DNA from: Octopus bimaculoides
Lineage: Eukaryota
Assembly (NCBI RefSeq): GCF_001194135.2
Contig: NC_068997.1
Location: 4,610,365 to 4,674,364 of the forward strand
Length of the DNA: 64,000 nt
Direction: 5' to 3'
Both the position numbers and the translations under genes were made by a program. The notes under the pieces were generated by a model. It was not told where the DNA came from and made no database searches. It saw nothing but the letters and a program-made list of their open reading frames with translations. Shown piece after piece: positions 10,916-23,050 of the stretch. Numbering within the stretch: position 1 is the stretch's first letter; every line of letters starts with the position of its first letter.

Positions 10916-11479
10916 GGGAAGTTGAGTCAGTCCCAATATTTAGCTATATATACTTTATTTTGTTGACCTCAGAAGGATATAAAGTAAAATCATCTTCAGC
11001 AGGGTTTGAACACATAATGCAAAGAGTTGGAACGAATACTGTAGGATATCTGTCCAACATTCTAGAGTCTACCAGTCGACCTCCCTAACGTTGCTATGGC
11101 AGCATAGTGGAGATATCATTGTTAAGGTATCTCTCACATTTAATTGCCTTCTCTTTGTTTTCTTTTGTTTTTTTTGTGCTGTCTTTTTATTGATCTGTTG
11201 TTTCGTGATTAGAAGTCAACATGGCTCATGTGAAATAACTACTGTTTTGATCAAATATATTTGTTGTATTTGTGATAGATATCACAAAGTGTTCAATTAA
11301 TATCGTGCTTTCGATTCTGATGTATGTATGTATGTATGTACGTATGTATGTATGCATGTATGTACGTATGTATGTATGTATGAATGTATGCATGCATGCT
11401 TGCAAAGCAAAGTTACAAGAGAAAGTAACTTGTTTTGTTCGTCATCCTTTAAATCTTAAGAAGGTTTTCCAGATATGAA

Positions 11480-11700
11480 AAGTCCCAAATATTGCAATCG
11501 TTTATAGTGTATGAATTGAGAATTTGTGTTCTCTCCCCAAGAACCTAAGTTCAGCCACACTTTGCTTCAGATGGTTTTGGTATGTGTCCAGCTGCTCCAA
11601 TAACAATGGGTACGAAGCTAAAAGTGTACCTGTGAATCAGGTACAGCAACTCCAGACAATAGTTACGGGGTATATTATGACCTCTCCCTTACTTCCCACT
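11480..11700 (-). mobile_element. R4/Dong-like (RLE) non-LTR retrotransposon extreme C-terminus
   Basis: Minus strand: YTFSFVPIVIGAAGHIPK...GTFHIWKTFLRF. Confidence 0.6.
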
Positions 11701-12229
11701 GTTCTAAGCCTACTAAAATAAAATATTACCTACACCCCCACTCCAGTCTACCTTTGAACTAGTCAAGCAGAATCCTATCTCACCCGGGTCACTGACCTTA
11801 GATATCATATTACACACTTTCTAGAACTATATTCATATTCCTAACAGTCAACTCAGTTGGTCATTCTCCCATTTCCTAGTTGGCCTCAACAGACTTCAGC
11901 CACATCCCTGCTGTATTCCTGGGATATTCTTTTGTTTGTAAAATTACTTCTCAGCTAATGATTATGGTCTTTTGTAATGGAGTAATGTTCTAATTCTTTT
12001 ATTAAAAAAATACCTAAGAAACAGTTGTAATGAGCTGACAATTATCCATCGTATGTTATTATTCATTTGATTATAATTCGCCAAGGGAATTTACAACTTA
12101 TCGGACACCCTAGAGTATACCAACAACATACTATTCAAAGTAACGTGTGATTTGGATCAGCCCCCTAAGCGCTAAATACGCATAGGGTTGGTTTTCTCTG
12201 TGTACACAACTGAAATATCCTGTACATGG

Positions 12230-12770
12230 CCTGTACAGCTTTCACAAGCCACTTGTCTAGTCCTTAGCTTCTTCAGAGCCTACACAGTGAGGTACTCTGT
12301 CAATGACTTTCTCAAAGTCAACAAATGCCAAGTACAATGGTTTATTCTTAACCAAATAAATTCTGTAGTTGTCTGACTATAAAGATAGCATCAGTAATGC
12401 TTCTCCTTGGCACGAAGCCAAACTGCATTTCAACCAATCTGATTCTGTTTCTAATTGGTTGGGCTATTACTCTTTCCATAACTTTCATGAGCTAGTCCAG
12501 CAATTTGATGCCTCTGTAATTACTTCTATATAATGCTGCTCTCTTACTCTTGTAGCCACTGACTATAATACTGCTACACCAGTCACTGGGGGTGAAATCT
12601 TCCTGAATAACCTGATGGGTGAATATACTGTGTCCTACTCTGCCAGATATTTTAAGCATCTCAGCAGTAACTTCCAATGGATCAGGGGCTTTCCCTGCCT
12701 TCATATCCTTAATCCCCTTGTCAACATGAATAGCCAGTCCCACTGCTGGGTTCACATAGGGAAGATTCCC
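12230..12770 (-). mobile_element. RTE-clade LINE RT N-terminal fragment
   Basis: MKAGKAPDPLEVTAEMLK...PSDWCSSIIV..YKSK..NYRGIKLLD*LMKVMERV..MQFGFVPRRSITDAIFIVRQLQ. Confidence 0.9.
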
Positions 12771-13179
12771 TTTCTCCCATTAATTCTCTACATTTAATAC
12801 CCTTTCAGAGTAGCACTTTCATGCCTCTTTTTTTCTTTCAGTCACTGAGTGCAAGCATACCATTATCCATTCATATACACTTCTCTCCCATAACATCCAG
12901 CTGGAGAAACCATGCCAAAGCAGACACAAAAATGAATGTATGTATGTATGTATGTATGTATGTATGCATGTATGTATGTATGTATGTGCATGCGTGCATA
13001 CGTGTGCGTGTGTGTGTGTGTGCATATGTATGTATGTATGTATGCATGTCCTTTTCCGTGCTGGCATGAGTTGGGCAGTTTGACAGGATCTGGCAAGCTG
13101 CAAGATAGTGTTGAGCTCCAATGCTTCTTTTGGCAAGGTTCCTATGGCTGGATACCTTTCCTAATACCAACCTGCTCAC

Positions 13180-13184
<5 letters not shown>

Positions 13185-13235
<51 letters not shown>

Positions 13236-13270
13236 TAATAATAATAATGATAATAATAATAATGATAATA
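13185..13270. repeat. (AAT)n microsatellite
   Basis: Direct reading. Confidence 0.95.
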
Positions 13271-13465
13271 ACTTCCAAATTTTGGCACAAAGCCAGCAAT
13301 TTCGGGAGAAGGGGGAAGTTGATTACATCAACCCAGTGCTCAACCAGTACTTATTTTATTGACCCCAAAAAGATGAAAGGCAAAGTCAACTTTGGCATAA
13401 TTTGAACTCAAAATGTAGACAGATGAAATTCTACTAGGTATTTTGTCTTGCATGCTAATGGTTCT
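13270..13465 (-). mobile_element. SINE family B, decayed
   Basis: Reverse complement of head plus CTTTGCCTTTCATC...AAATAAGTAC...CTTGTGCCAAAATTTG body. Confidence 0.75.
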
Positions 13466-13764
13466 GTAAGAAGAAGGAAGACGATTTGATCTTGATTCCA
13501 GTGCCATAACACCTTTCATCAAGCAGTTTGCAGAAACAACAAAGATTACCTTAAAATTTCTCACCAACACCACAACCACCACTACAACCGTTATTACGAC
13601 CCACCTAAAACTCTCCAGCCAACCGGATGACCAACGATCGCTTTAAGTGCACAACATCCCAGTCATCAAAGACTTTCAGAAAACAGGCTACAAAATGATA
13701 AAATCCATTAGGACAAGAAATCAACACCTCATCAATTTCTCTTGGTACAAGGATTTTAAAAAGA

Positions 13765-14045
13765 TTTGGTAGATGGAAACTGAAAGAAGCCCGTCGGATA
13801 TATATGTATATATATATGTGTGTGTACATGTTTATGTGTCTGTGTTTGTCCCCCCAACATTGCTTGATAACCGATGCTGGTGTGTTTACGTCCCCGTAAC
13901 TTAGCAGTTCGGCGAAAAGAGATCGATAGAATAAGTACTAGGCTTACAAACAATAAGTCCTGGGGTCGATTTGCTCGACTAAAGGCGGTGCTCCAGCATG
14001 GCCACAGTCAAATGACTGAAATAAGTAAAAGAGTAAAAGAGTAAG
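13765..14045 (+). mobile_element. SINE family A, 3' two-thirds
   Basis: GATTTGGTAGATGGAAACTGAAAGAAGCCCGTCG-(TA)n...GCTCCAGCATGGCCACAGTCAAATGACTGAAA tail. Confidence 0.85.
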
Positions 14046-14049
14046 AAAA

Positions 14050-14450
14050 GTAGGTTAATCAGCAAACAAATCTTTGAAGACGCAGGAATCTCTAACATAC
14101 AAAGGAAAAAATGTTGCACAACACTGAAAGAAATAGGCAAAGTCATAAATTTCACAAAATTGCCTCTTTTAAAGACAAGTACACAAAGAAAAAAAGAGTG
14201 ACGTAGGCAAAAAGATATATGAGGACAGATTTTACAAATGTAATTTTTACTGACGAGTACAGAGCAACATTAGATGGACATGATGGATGAGCAAGAGGCT
14301 GGGTGTTACATGGAAAAAGTCGACCAACATGATTAAGAAGACAGCAAGGTGGTGGAAGAATCATGTTTTGGGCTGGTATAGTTGGAGGAGACAGTATAGG
14401 TCCATTTAAGGTTGCTGATGGAGTCAAAATAAATGCTGAGAAATGTTCGT
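14050..14450 (+). mobile_element. Tc1-like (IS630/Tc1/mariner) transposase fragment
   Basis: FTNVIFTDEYRATLDGHDG*ARGW...LRRQQGGGRIMFWAGIVG...GPFKVADGVKINA (first catalytic D region). Confidence 0.8.
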
Positions 14451-15239
14451 ATTGGAACTTCTGGCACAAATGCCAAGCAGTACGGCATGTCGTTTCCAAA
14501 TTTCTAGCAGAGTGAATTGTGCCATCCCGTAACTTAACAGTTTAGCAAAAGAGACTGATAGAATAAATACTAGAGAATAAGTCCTGGAGTCGATTTGTTT
14601 AACTAAAAAAAAAGGAAGTGCTCAAGCATGGCCGCAGTCAAATGACTGAATCAATAAATGAATGAAAGATAAAGAATATATATATACACACACATATATA
14701 CATATATATAGATATACATATATGATTATAAGAAAAAAAATTTTCTCCAATGCATAGACTTCACCTTGAAGTACCCCAGATATTCAAATCTGAGGCGTTA
14801 GAATAATGTAGAAGTGAGAAACAAATTTAGGCAAATCCAACTCACATGTACATTTATATCTATTCAGCCATAGACCCAACATGCATGAATTTCTCCAAAA
14901 GTATGTTCAATACATTAGAAATATACATATAGAAACATAAATATATAGATATATACATTAAGAATATATTGAAAAAATAAAAACATATATAGGTCGACTT
15001 AGAGATTACAAAACAAAGTCATAAAAAGAGTTAAGAATCTATAAAATGAAAAGTTTGTGTTACTAATCCAGTTAATAATCTTGTGGCTGTTTCTGGGGGT
15101 CTGGTTGTCCAGTAATAAAAAAGATATTTACACTCATTTTTGGATACCACCTCCTTCACATGAACTGAGAAAAGCAGTACATGTGAGCCTTTAGAGAAAT
15201 TTATTTTCCTTGATGAAGGGAAAATGACTGAGAAACAAA

Positions 15240-15362
15240 TTTAAAAAGAAGAGTTGTTTGCTTCATACTCCTCGTGTGCCGATTCTGCCCATAAGAAAGG
15301 AACAAATAATACAATGTGGCAGTAGGTCATAACACCCAGGCAACGCCAGGGTACATTGCTAG
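15240..15362 (+). mobile_element. Helitron-type 3' terminus
   Basis: Hairpin CCCAGGC-AAC-GCCAGGG (15335-15351) followed a few nt later by CTAG (15359-62) then T, the Helitron hairpin+CTRR|T end. Confidence 0.7.
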
Positions 15363-15739
15363 TACATTATACAACATAATAAACACATATAAATGTATGC
15401 AAATATAAGTTTCATAAACTATTCCACAGCAAATGGATTCAACTTGCATTTCATTTCATACAATAACTTTGGCCAACAAAAAATTGAGTATTTTTTCCTC
15501 TTAATATTTCACCATTAATATCATCGCATCTGTTTACACAATGCTTATAGATTTAATGGCAAATAGATTTGAGACAGACACTATGCCAGAATTGTCTGGA
15601 ACCAATAAGAAGAATTCTTTGGCCAGATGAGAAATGTTTTTTTGTAAAAATATAATTGGGTAAATACAAAAATATTAATAAGTCACAACAAATCCATTGA
15701 TTTCGTGAGTATACATCAATTATATTTGGTCTATATTTT

Positions 15740-15740
15740 T

Positions 15741-15825
<85 letters not shown>
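15740..15825. repeat. (TG)n microsatellite
   Basis: Direct reading. Confidence 0.95.
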
Positions 15826-15827
<2 letters not shown>

Positions 15828-16049
15828 GCTCTTGTATTTTTAATTATTTGAAGTCTTCCTGAAAGGAAGTAGCTGGTTTCTAACAAAGATACATAGTTCC
15901 ACTGTTGCAATGTAGATAACAATGTCACATGTTGGACTTAAGAAAAATCCTGCATATTTTTACTATTCCACTTACAGATATTATTTGTAATAATATTTTT
16001 TCTGATTTTTTCTGAAAACTATTTTGTTCAGGTTGTCATTTAGATAGTT

Positions 16050-16640
16050 ACTAACAAAAGCAAGTGTACCAACTGGGATTGATATAAATGTGAATTTATG
16101 ATCTTGATCTATAAGCTGGAAGTTTCAAAGCAGTTGTCCTCTTTCAATTTGATTTTCTAAAAGAACATTCACATTAAGAAGGCAGCTAACCTGTATGACA
16201 GTACATACCTTTTCTTGTCTGTTCTAAACAACAATATACAACCTGTTATGCTTACACTTGGTAGAGGTTTTGATGGGAATGTTCCACCAATATTTCTTAT
16301 ATTAATGCCTATGTATTCAATAACAGGGGCGATTCTCTATATTTATCTCAAGGTAGTCTTTTGTTGGATAGGATTGTATATTGTTTTAGTGATACTGTCA
16401 TGTCAAATTGAGAGGTAGTACCTTGATGACATGTTTCGAGAGCTGCTGATAACAGGTGTGTTGTCTTTCACAGAAATGTGATGTACTTGACATTATTGGT
16501 TGCATCTTGAGGCTCCAATGACTTCAGTATGTCTTTTATTTTTTAAATGTTTAGTAGTGTGCTCTTGCTCATGGATTACAAATGTATAACCTTCAAAGTA
16601 TGATGTGATATGGCAGCCATGAATCTAAGGTTGCACTTCA
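16050..16640 (-). mobile_element. R4/Dong-like (RLE) non-LTR retrotransposon C-terminal fragment
   Basis: Minus strand: FEGYTFVIHEQE...VISSSRNMSSRYYL..HD..TKTIYN...YWWNIPIKTSTKCKHNR; homologous to 46330-46960. Confidence 0.75.
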
Positions 16641-16959
16641 TGTCAATATCTACAAATGTATGTTATTTTTTTAGTTTTATCTCTAGATTTTTTTGCCACT
16701 AGAGAAAGAGTTAGTTTCTAACCGAAATCCAAGGCTCCTTTATTGGAATTTCAGCATTAACAGGGTTGTTGTGCATATTTGCATGTATTTGGAGTCAGTG
16801 CATGTGCAGATTGGTATATTTTGTTTTATGTATGTACGCTCATACATAGTTGCATGTCTAGATATACACGTATTTACAGGCATGGCCGCAATGAAATGAC
16901 TGAAATAAGTAAAAGAATAAAAGAATATGCTAAACCTTTGGAAAGTTTTATAATTTTTT

Positions 16960-17560
16960 GACTATGCCAAAATCACACAGCTTGTGACATATCATACCTT
17001 GGTTGACTTCATCAAGGCTTTTTCAAAGTCAAGATATATCACATCTACATTTGTGCTGTTGAGCAGCTGCTTTAACACCCAGTCATTGTGCTGTAAGAGT
17101 TGAGTCAGGTAGTGACTACTTGGTCAAAAACCATACTGGGTGCCAGTCATTCTCTTCAATGAAAGCAATTAGCTTCCTTCTGACTATTTGTTCCATACCT
17201 TTGCTGAAGTGTGAGGTCAGAGAAATAGACCTATAGTTTTTAGCATCTGCTCTGCTTCCTCCTTTATAGATAGGGTATATCATTCCCTCCTTCAATTTGC
17301 CTGGGAGTTTACCACCAGCAACGAAGTTCTGAGAAAGAAGCCACATTGGATTTGCTAGAGCTCATTTGCATGATTTGGGAAAGCTTGCTGTGAAACCATG
17401 AGGACCAGCTGCTAAGTTTGTGTCTCCCTAATCTATGACCAGTATTACATCTTCTCCATTGATATCAATGTAATCACTGCCTCCCTGGTTACAGACTTAG
17501 TGGCAAAGAACTTTGCTCGTCTGTTCACTTGATTGTCCTAGCAACGGGTAGTAACAACAC
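16960..17560 (-). mobile_element. CR1-like LINE RT N-terminal fragment
   Basis: IYPIYKGGSRADAKNYRSISLTSHFSKGMEQIVRRKL...QYGF...LTQ...VDVIYLDFEKA. Confidence 0.9.
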
Positions 17561-17611
17561 TTTTGAACTGTTTGTTCAGACTTTTCCCAACTTCCATCAG
17601 GCTTTTTACTA

Positions 17612-17830
17612 TAACCTTTTAGCATTCAGATTACTCTGTCAAATGTAATGCTTATTTATTCACATTGTTTTGAATTAATCATGCATTATCTCATAGGTTC
17701 AAGATTTTGATGGTGTGGTTGTTTATTTTCAGAATGGCATTGTTTGGAAGGTGTGAGAGGCTGGATCTGACCAGTTTGAATAAAAAAACAATTAGAATAT
17801 TTTGACTGGATATAGCCAGTTTAAATGCTC
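17612..17830. mobile_element. Probable MITE with short TIRs (TAACC..TTTAGCATT / AAATGCT)
   Basis: Left end CCTTTTAGCATTCAG, right end CCAGTTTAAATGCT; non-coding; right TIR incomplete. Confidence 0.4.
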
Positions 17831-19164
17831 CCAACACCTTCACATCACACCACGCTACACCATATCACACAACACACCACCACACACACACCAGCACTGA
17901 CCAATTCCCATCCCCACATTTTCACACCTTCACACCTACATACACGCATGCATACGTTAAGATCACCAGCATTCTCTCACACACATGCACCTTCGTTTTG
18001 GGATCACTACTTTTTTGTTATCTCCCCGTCTTCTTATCTCTCCTGTGTGATCCTTCTGTCCGGCATTCGCCATGATAGATCGCTGACCACTACACATATA
18101 TTTTTTTCTCTCCTTGTTTCTTTTTGTGTTCCTTTCTGTTGAAGAGTGTAGGCTCGTCACGTTAAAGATTTTTTCTATTCCCGAGCGTTATACTAATACA
18201 TCTATTTGTTGTTTACACCACCTGTCTTCGTCTGTTGTTTTTTTGTGAATTCTCCCATATATATATGTATATATAAATTCAATAATAGGATGAATTCTTT
18301 TACAAGAATTTATCAAGTAGCTAGCGTGAAAAAACCTCATAAGGGGAAAAAAATCCATCATTTATTCCCAAAATATATATTTATATTTATATAAGGGCAT
18401 TACTATACAATAACGCCTCACGCATTGAGGGACTCTAAGGTCAGACTACTATAAAAAGCACATTTTTACCGAATGCGAGGAAATGCAACTCTCAAAGCCN
18501 NNNNNNNNNNNNNNNNNNNNNNNNNNNNNNNNNNNNNNNNNNNNNNNNNNNNNNNNNNNNNNNNNNNNNNNNNNNNNNNNNNNNNNNNNNNNNNNNNNNN
18601 NNNNNNNNNNNNNNNNNNNNNNNNNNTATTAATTTTTTTTTTCTTTTTAGTTTATTTGTCCATCAAAGTTCTTTTGTCCAGGATAAAATGGAATAGGCAG
18701 GGCAAGAGGAGACACAGAGGACAGAGAGTCACTGAAAAGATCACAGAATGTGTGATGAAAGAACTTTGACGGACAAATATAAAAAAAAAGTAAGTGATGC
18801 TCATAAGATCAAATATATATGGCATCTGTTTAATTGGCAAAAAATGATCATCCCCAAGTATAAGAATATCTGTTTCAACACACATTTTCACATCAAGAAT
18901 CTTGCAAAACAAATACATAAACATATATTAAATTACACAGACACACTTATGTATAGACATAAATATGCGTATTGTGCGTGCGCTTTCTTGCCTAGTCAAA
19001 TGCGTGACTATCACATGTCAGTTTGATATCTTGGAAGGACACAAAAGCCATGATCTTTTTCTAGCCCTAGACTAGATCAAACAACAAAAGAGAAACCAGG
19101 ATATTTCCTTTATATGAAAAGTGTCACTTTATCAGCATAAAACCAGGATGTGTATTTCATATAT

Positions 19165-19352
19165 ATCATCATCATCGTCGTTTAACGTCCGCTTTCCATG
19201 CTAGCATGGGTTGGACGATTTGACTGAGGACTGGTGAAACCAGATGGCTACACCAGGCTCCAAGCTGATTTGGCAGAGTTTCTACAGCTGGATGCCCTTC
19301 CTAACGCCAACCACTCCGAGAGTGTAGTGGGTGCTTTTACGTGCCACCGGCA
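19165..19352 (-). mobile_element. SINE family C (RTE-type tail), youngest copy
   Basis: (CAT)n-CGTTTAACGTCCGCTTTCCATGCTAGCATGGGTTGGACG...CAGCTGGATGCCCTTCCTAACGCCAACCACTCCGAG...GTGCCACCGGCAC; CpGs retained. Confidence 0.85.
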
Positions 19353-19360
19353 CAATATAT

Positions 19361-19950
19361 ATATATAATTATTAAAGAGGACAACAAATGTTAAGGTAAG
19401 GCAAACATCTCAAGTCATATATATTATTATTATTGGAAAAAATTAAAAGTCTTACAGGAATAAGGAGATGAAGAGAGAGAGAAGAAAAAAGAAGCATAAA
19501 AGTTCATAGTTCAACTTTCCAATGGTGCAGAAACAAGTGCATAAGCCCTTAGGTGCAATCCTGTGTGGATCCATATGGGTTAAAATCCTGATATTCTAAA
19601 CATCCAGAGAAAAAAGATGCGAACATATCAATATTCAGTAACAGTTATTGAATGTTGATATGTTCGTGTCTTTTTCTCTGGATGTTTACACTATCAGGAT
19701 TTTAACCCACATGGATATACGGAAAGTTGAACTATGAACTTTTATGCTTCTTTTTTCTTCTCTCTCGTCATCACCTTATTCCTTAATGTTTGTTGTCTTC
19801 TTTAACAATTATATATCCACTGCATCAGAAATCTGCAATGGCTCCATAACTACCATCTCAGCTATAACCTTGGAGCCCTAGTAATCCGTTACAGCACTTA
19901 CCTAGCATACCTAATCATTTAGATCACCTGTGAACTAAACTCCCATACTT
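19361..19950. mobile_element. Fold-back element (palindrome 19361-19816 plus tail), Penelope-like family
   Basis: Arms centred at ~19643 (TTCAGTAAC-A-GTTATTGAA). Left arm carries TCTCAAGTCAT..AAGTCTTACAG as in 58611-59290; tail 19855-19945 is homologous to 59198-59285; flanked by (TA)n. Confidence 0.7.
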
Positions 19951-19954
19951 TGTA

Positions 19955-19955
19955 A

Positions 19956-20034
<79 letters not shown>

Positions 20035-20065
20035 TATACATATATATATACATATATATATATGA
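19955..20065. repeat. (TA)n microsatellite
   Basis: Direct reading. Confidence 0.95.
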
Positions 20066-20071
20066 ATTAAT

Positions 20072-21110
20072 ATGGATGTGATATATCTCAACTTTGCAAA
20101 GGTGTTTGATAAGGTTCATCATAGGATGATATGTCACAAACTACGGAGACTTGACATAACTAGGAAAGTTGGAGACTGGTTGCATGACTTCTTAAAAGAC
20201 AGAAGCCAGGCTGTAGCAGCCAACAGAGCCCTCTCCTCAGAGACAGTAATAGAAAGTGGAGTGCCCCAGAGAACTGTATTGGGGCCACTGCTATTCATGG
20301 TGGCTCTTTCAGACATGTCATCAGTTACACAGACAGCCTCACTTACTAACTATGTGTATGACACAAAAGTAGTACAAGCAGTCAAAGAACCTTCTCATGC
20401 AAATCTTCAACAGAAAGACCTAGATGCCATATATAAATGGGCTGAGGACAACAACATGCAATTTAATGCAGGCAAATTGGTGCTCAGAAGTGACAACAAC
20501 GATATTCTGGACCAAAAGGAATGGCAATCCCAGAATCACATATGTGCATGATCTTGGGATTGATATGAGCAACAATGCCTCGTTTCACATGCATATCAAC
20601 AAGATGGTGGCAGTGTGCAGGCGAATGACCAGATGGATTCTGAGAACTTTCAGAACAAGGGACCAGGAAACTATACTTGTTCTCAGCTGTCTGGACTACT
20701 TCTCTCAGCTGTGGTCACCTTACAGTGTAAGATTAACAGTAGAACTTGAGGTAGTTCAGCAATGCTACATGAGAAAGATTGCATCAATGAAACAGCTGAG
20801 CTACTGGGAGAGACTGAGAGAGCTACGACTCTACTCCCTGAAGTGAAGATGGGAGAGATATGCAGTGGTATATGTGTGGAAGATACTGGATGGGCTGACA
20901 CCAAACTCTGGAATTGAGTTATACCAGACCTCAAATTGGATGTCACTGCACTGTTCCAAAAGTCCCAGCTGTCTCATCTAAGGCAAGAACTATGTACTGC
21001 AATAAGTTAGGATTCAAGGGCCCACAACTATTAACACCTTGCCAAAGCATCTGAGGGATCACCACGGAGTGAGGGTAGATGTTTCCAAGAAACAACTCGA
21101 CCTCTTGCTA
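20072..21110 (+). mobile_element. CR1-like LINE RT and 3' region, decayed
   Basis: [74 protein letters not shown]; frameshifted. Confidence 0.92.
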
Positions 21111-21510
21111 TCCAAGAGGGGAGCTACTTTTATTTATGTACAGCTCAAGATCTTGACTCTACCCAGCTATTTCTTGAATAGGAAGAAAGAAATTTTCTCA
21201 TTATGTCTCACAGCATAATTCAGCAGATTTCAAACTGCAAAATGACCCACAACTTACAGCTAACACAGTAGTAACATGGTACTTAGAACATAAAATCAAA
21301 TATGAGATTGATCACTCCTATTTTGACAAAAAGAACTGTAGTATATAACTATTTATAGTACACATAAACTTGAATAGATTTGCTCTAACTTGTCTAACTT
21401 ATAACATTCTTTCTCTTTCTAATTCTTGCGCACGCCTTCATAAACTCAAAGTATTGACTTTAAAGTATGCTATACATTTAATTGGCTTTAATATTTGTTT
21501 GTTAATCTAG

Positions 21511-21618
21511 TTTTCTATGTGTATATGTCTTTTGTGTACTCATGGTTCTGAAACATTATATGATAGCTGCATTTCTCAATGTTGTGTAATCAGTCCATTA
21601 CATAAACTGATATGTGCA
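21511..21618 (+). CDS. Internal coding exon (phase 0/0) of an unidentified protein
   Basis: Acceptor TTTGTTTGTTAATCTAG|, donor GCA|GTAAGT; 108 nt, open: FSMCICLLCTHGSETLYDSCISQCCVISPLHKLICA; phase-compatible with the next exon. Confidence 0.65.
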
Positions 21619-21681
21619 GTAAGTTGTAATTTGATTTGTGACTTGAGATTATTTATATATGCATGTATGCGTGCATGCATG

Positions 21682-21715
<34 letters not shown>

Positions 21716-21925
21716 TGTATGTATGTATGTATGTATGTATGTTTGTGTGAGTTGCACCTAGAATAGTTTTGTCTCTTTATGTATAAGGGCAGCATTTCAT
21801 ATATTTTATTAATAATGTCATATTGATAATCCATGTCAGTGATCAGATGTTCAACATTACATCTATCAATTAAAAACAGTAGAAGCCAGCTTTAAACTCT
21901 AACTCCACTTGCTAATGTTCTACAG

Positions 21926-22169
21926 TTGGTATCAGGTGTTTTAATATATCAATATGTGATCCAGTTTTGGCACCATAACACAAAGGATTTCTGGAAGAAT
22001 ATTAAGAGACTTTTAATCTTGTTTTCACACACACTCTCTGATGATGAATTGTCATGTATTTTATCTTACGCCTTCAGAAACTCAATGCATTGGGTACCTT
22101 CAGCAATGTTTCATTTTATGATCCAGTACGTGAAACTACTGAAACGAGTACAGATCAGCATGATAAAAT
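21926..22169 (+). CDS. Internal coding exon (phase 0/1) of an unidentified, probably helical protein
   Basis: Acceptor CTTGCTAATGTTCTACAG|, donor AAAAT|GTAAGT; 81 codons + 1 nt open in AT-rich DNA: LVSGVLIYQYVIQFWHHNTKDFWKNIKRLLILFSHTLSDDELSCILSYAFRNSMHWVPSAMFHFMIQYVKLLKRVQISMIK. Confidence 0.75.
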
Positions 22170-22431
22170 GTAAGTAAAATGTTTAATAGTACTTGACTAA
22201 ACAATGAAACTGAAAGAAGTTGTTTTTTTAAATTGTTTATATATAGAAGAAATACCTAACTATATCACACAATAAATGCCTATGAGAGTTGTAGACAAGA
22301 CCATTAACATTAATGTTAACAGTGTGCTGTATGAGAGATTTGTATTGATATGAACATTGAAAGTATAATTAACTTTTTTTTTTATATCAGTGGAATTAAT
22401 TCATAATTCAGCAGTATGGTTGTAATGAACT

Positions 22432-22730
22432 AAGACCCCCCCCCCTTTGATAATGAATGACCATGGAACTGCACCTAAAAAGTTCCCCTCTGAGGCACAA
22501 GTCTGGGCAAGGTTGTTTATGGAAGACTAGCAGTCATCCATGCATACCAGCCTCTCCTCTCCAAGGGAAAAGCAAATGCCAATACAGCTTAACACCAGTG
22601 ACATTGCAACACATTTCTACAGCTGAGTGAACTGGAGTAACATGAAATAATGTGTCTTGCTCAAGAACACAACACACAGCCCAGTCCAGGAATCGAACTC
22701 ACTATCTCATGATTGTGAGCCCTGCTTTGC
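22432..22730 (-). mobile_element. SINE family D (tRNA-like head; TTGAGCAAGACAC..GCTCCAGTTCACTCAGCTG central domain)
   Basis: Minus strand: GAGTTCGATTCCTGGACTGGGCTGTGTGTTGTGTTCTTGAGCAAGACAC..TTACTCCAGTTCACTCAGCTG, B-box-like motif plus Nin/CORE-like domain. Confidence 0.7.
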
Positions 22731-22825
22731 AGAGCTTATGTATTGATTGGTGAGCAGTTAAATGTCTTTGACAATATTATTCCGGCTAATACTTAGGCTT
22801 TAAAAAAAGTATATAATAAAATATA

Positions 22826-22998
22826 TCTCTTTTACTCTTTTACTTGTTTCAGTCATTTGACTGCAGCCATGCTGGAGCACCACCTTTAGTCAACCAAATT
22901 GAGCCCAGGACTTATTCTTTTGGTCTCTTTTGCCAAACCAGCATCGGTTGTCACGTGATGTTGAGGGGACAAACACAGACACACAAACATATACACAA

Positions 22999-23039
<41 letters not shown>

Positions 23040-23050
23040 CAATGGGCTTC
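22826..23050 (-). mobile_element. SINE family A, 3' half
   Basis: CTTTTACTTGTTTCAGTCATTTGACTGCAGCCATGCTGGAGCACC...(CA)n(TA)n. Confidence 0.85.

Noticed and set aside
13480-13760. C/A-rich reading frame (RFDLDSSAITPFIKQF...)
   Set aside because: Contains a stop, no recognisable motif or splice sites; cannot be assigned.
18130-18175. Hammerhead-like TTGAAGA..GTCACGTTA
   Set aside because: C3 and GAAA are both broken and stem II would need core bases; at most a remote relic.
18682-18789. Exon-like segment (TTTTGTCCAG| ... |GTAAGT)
   Set aside because: Closed in all three frames and part of a dispersed repeat also present at ~55280-55520.
22034-22100. Hammerhead look-alike CTGATGA-TGAA..TTCA-GAAA-CTCAATGCATTGGG-TA
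   Set aside because: No stem I pairing, and it lies inside the well-supported coding exon (codons SDDE..FRN); treated as coincidence.
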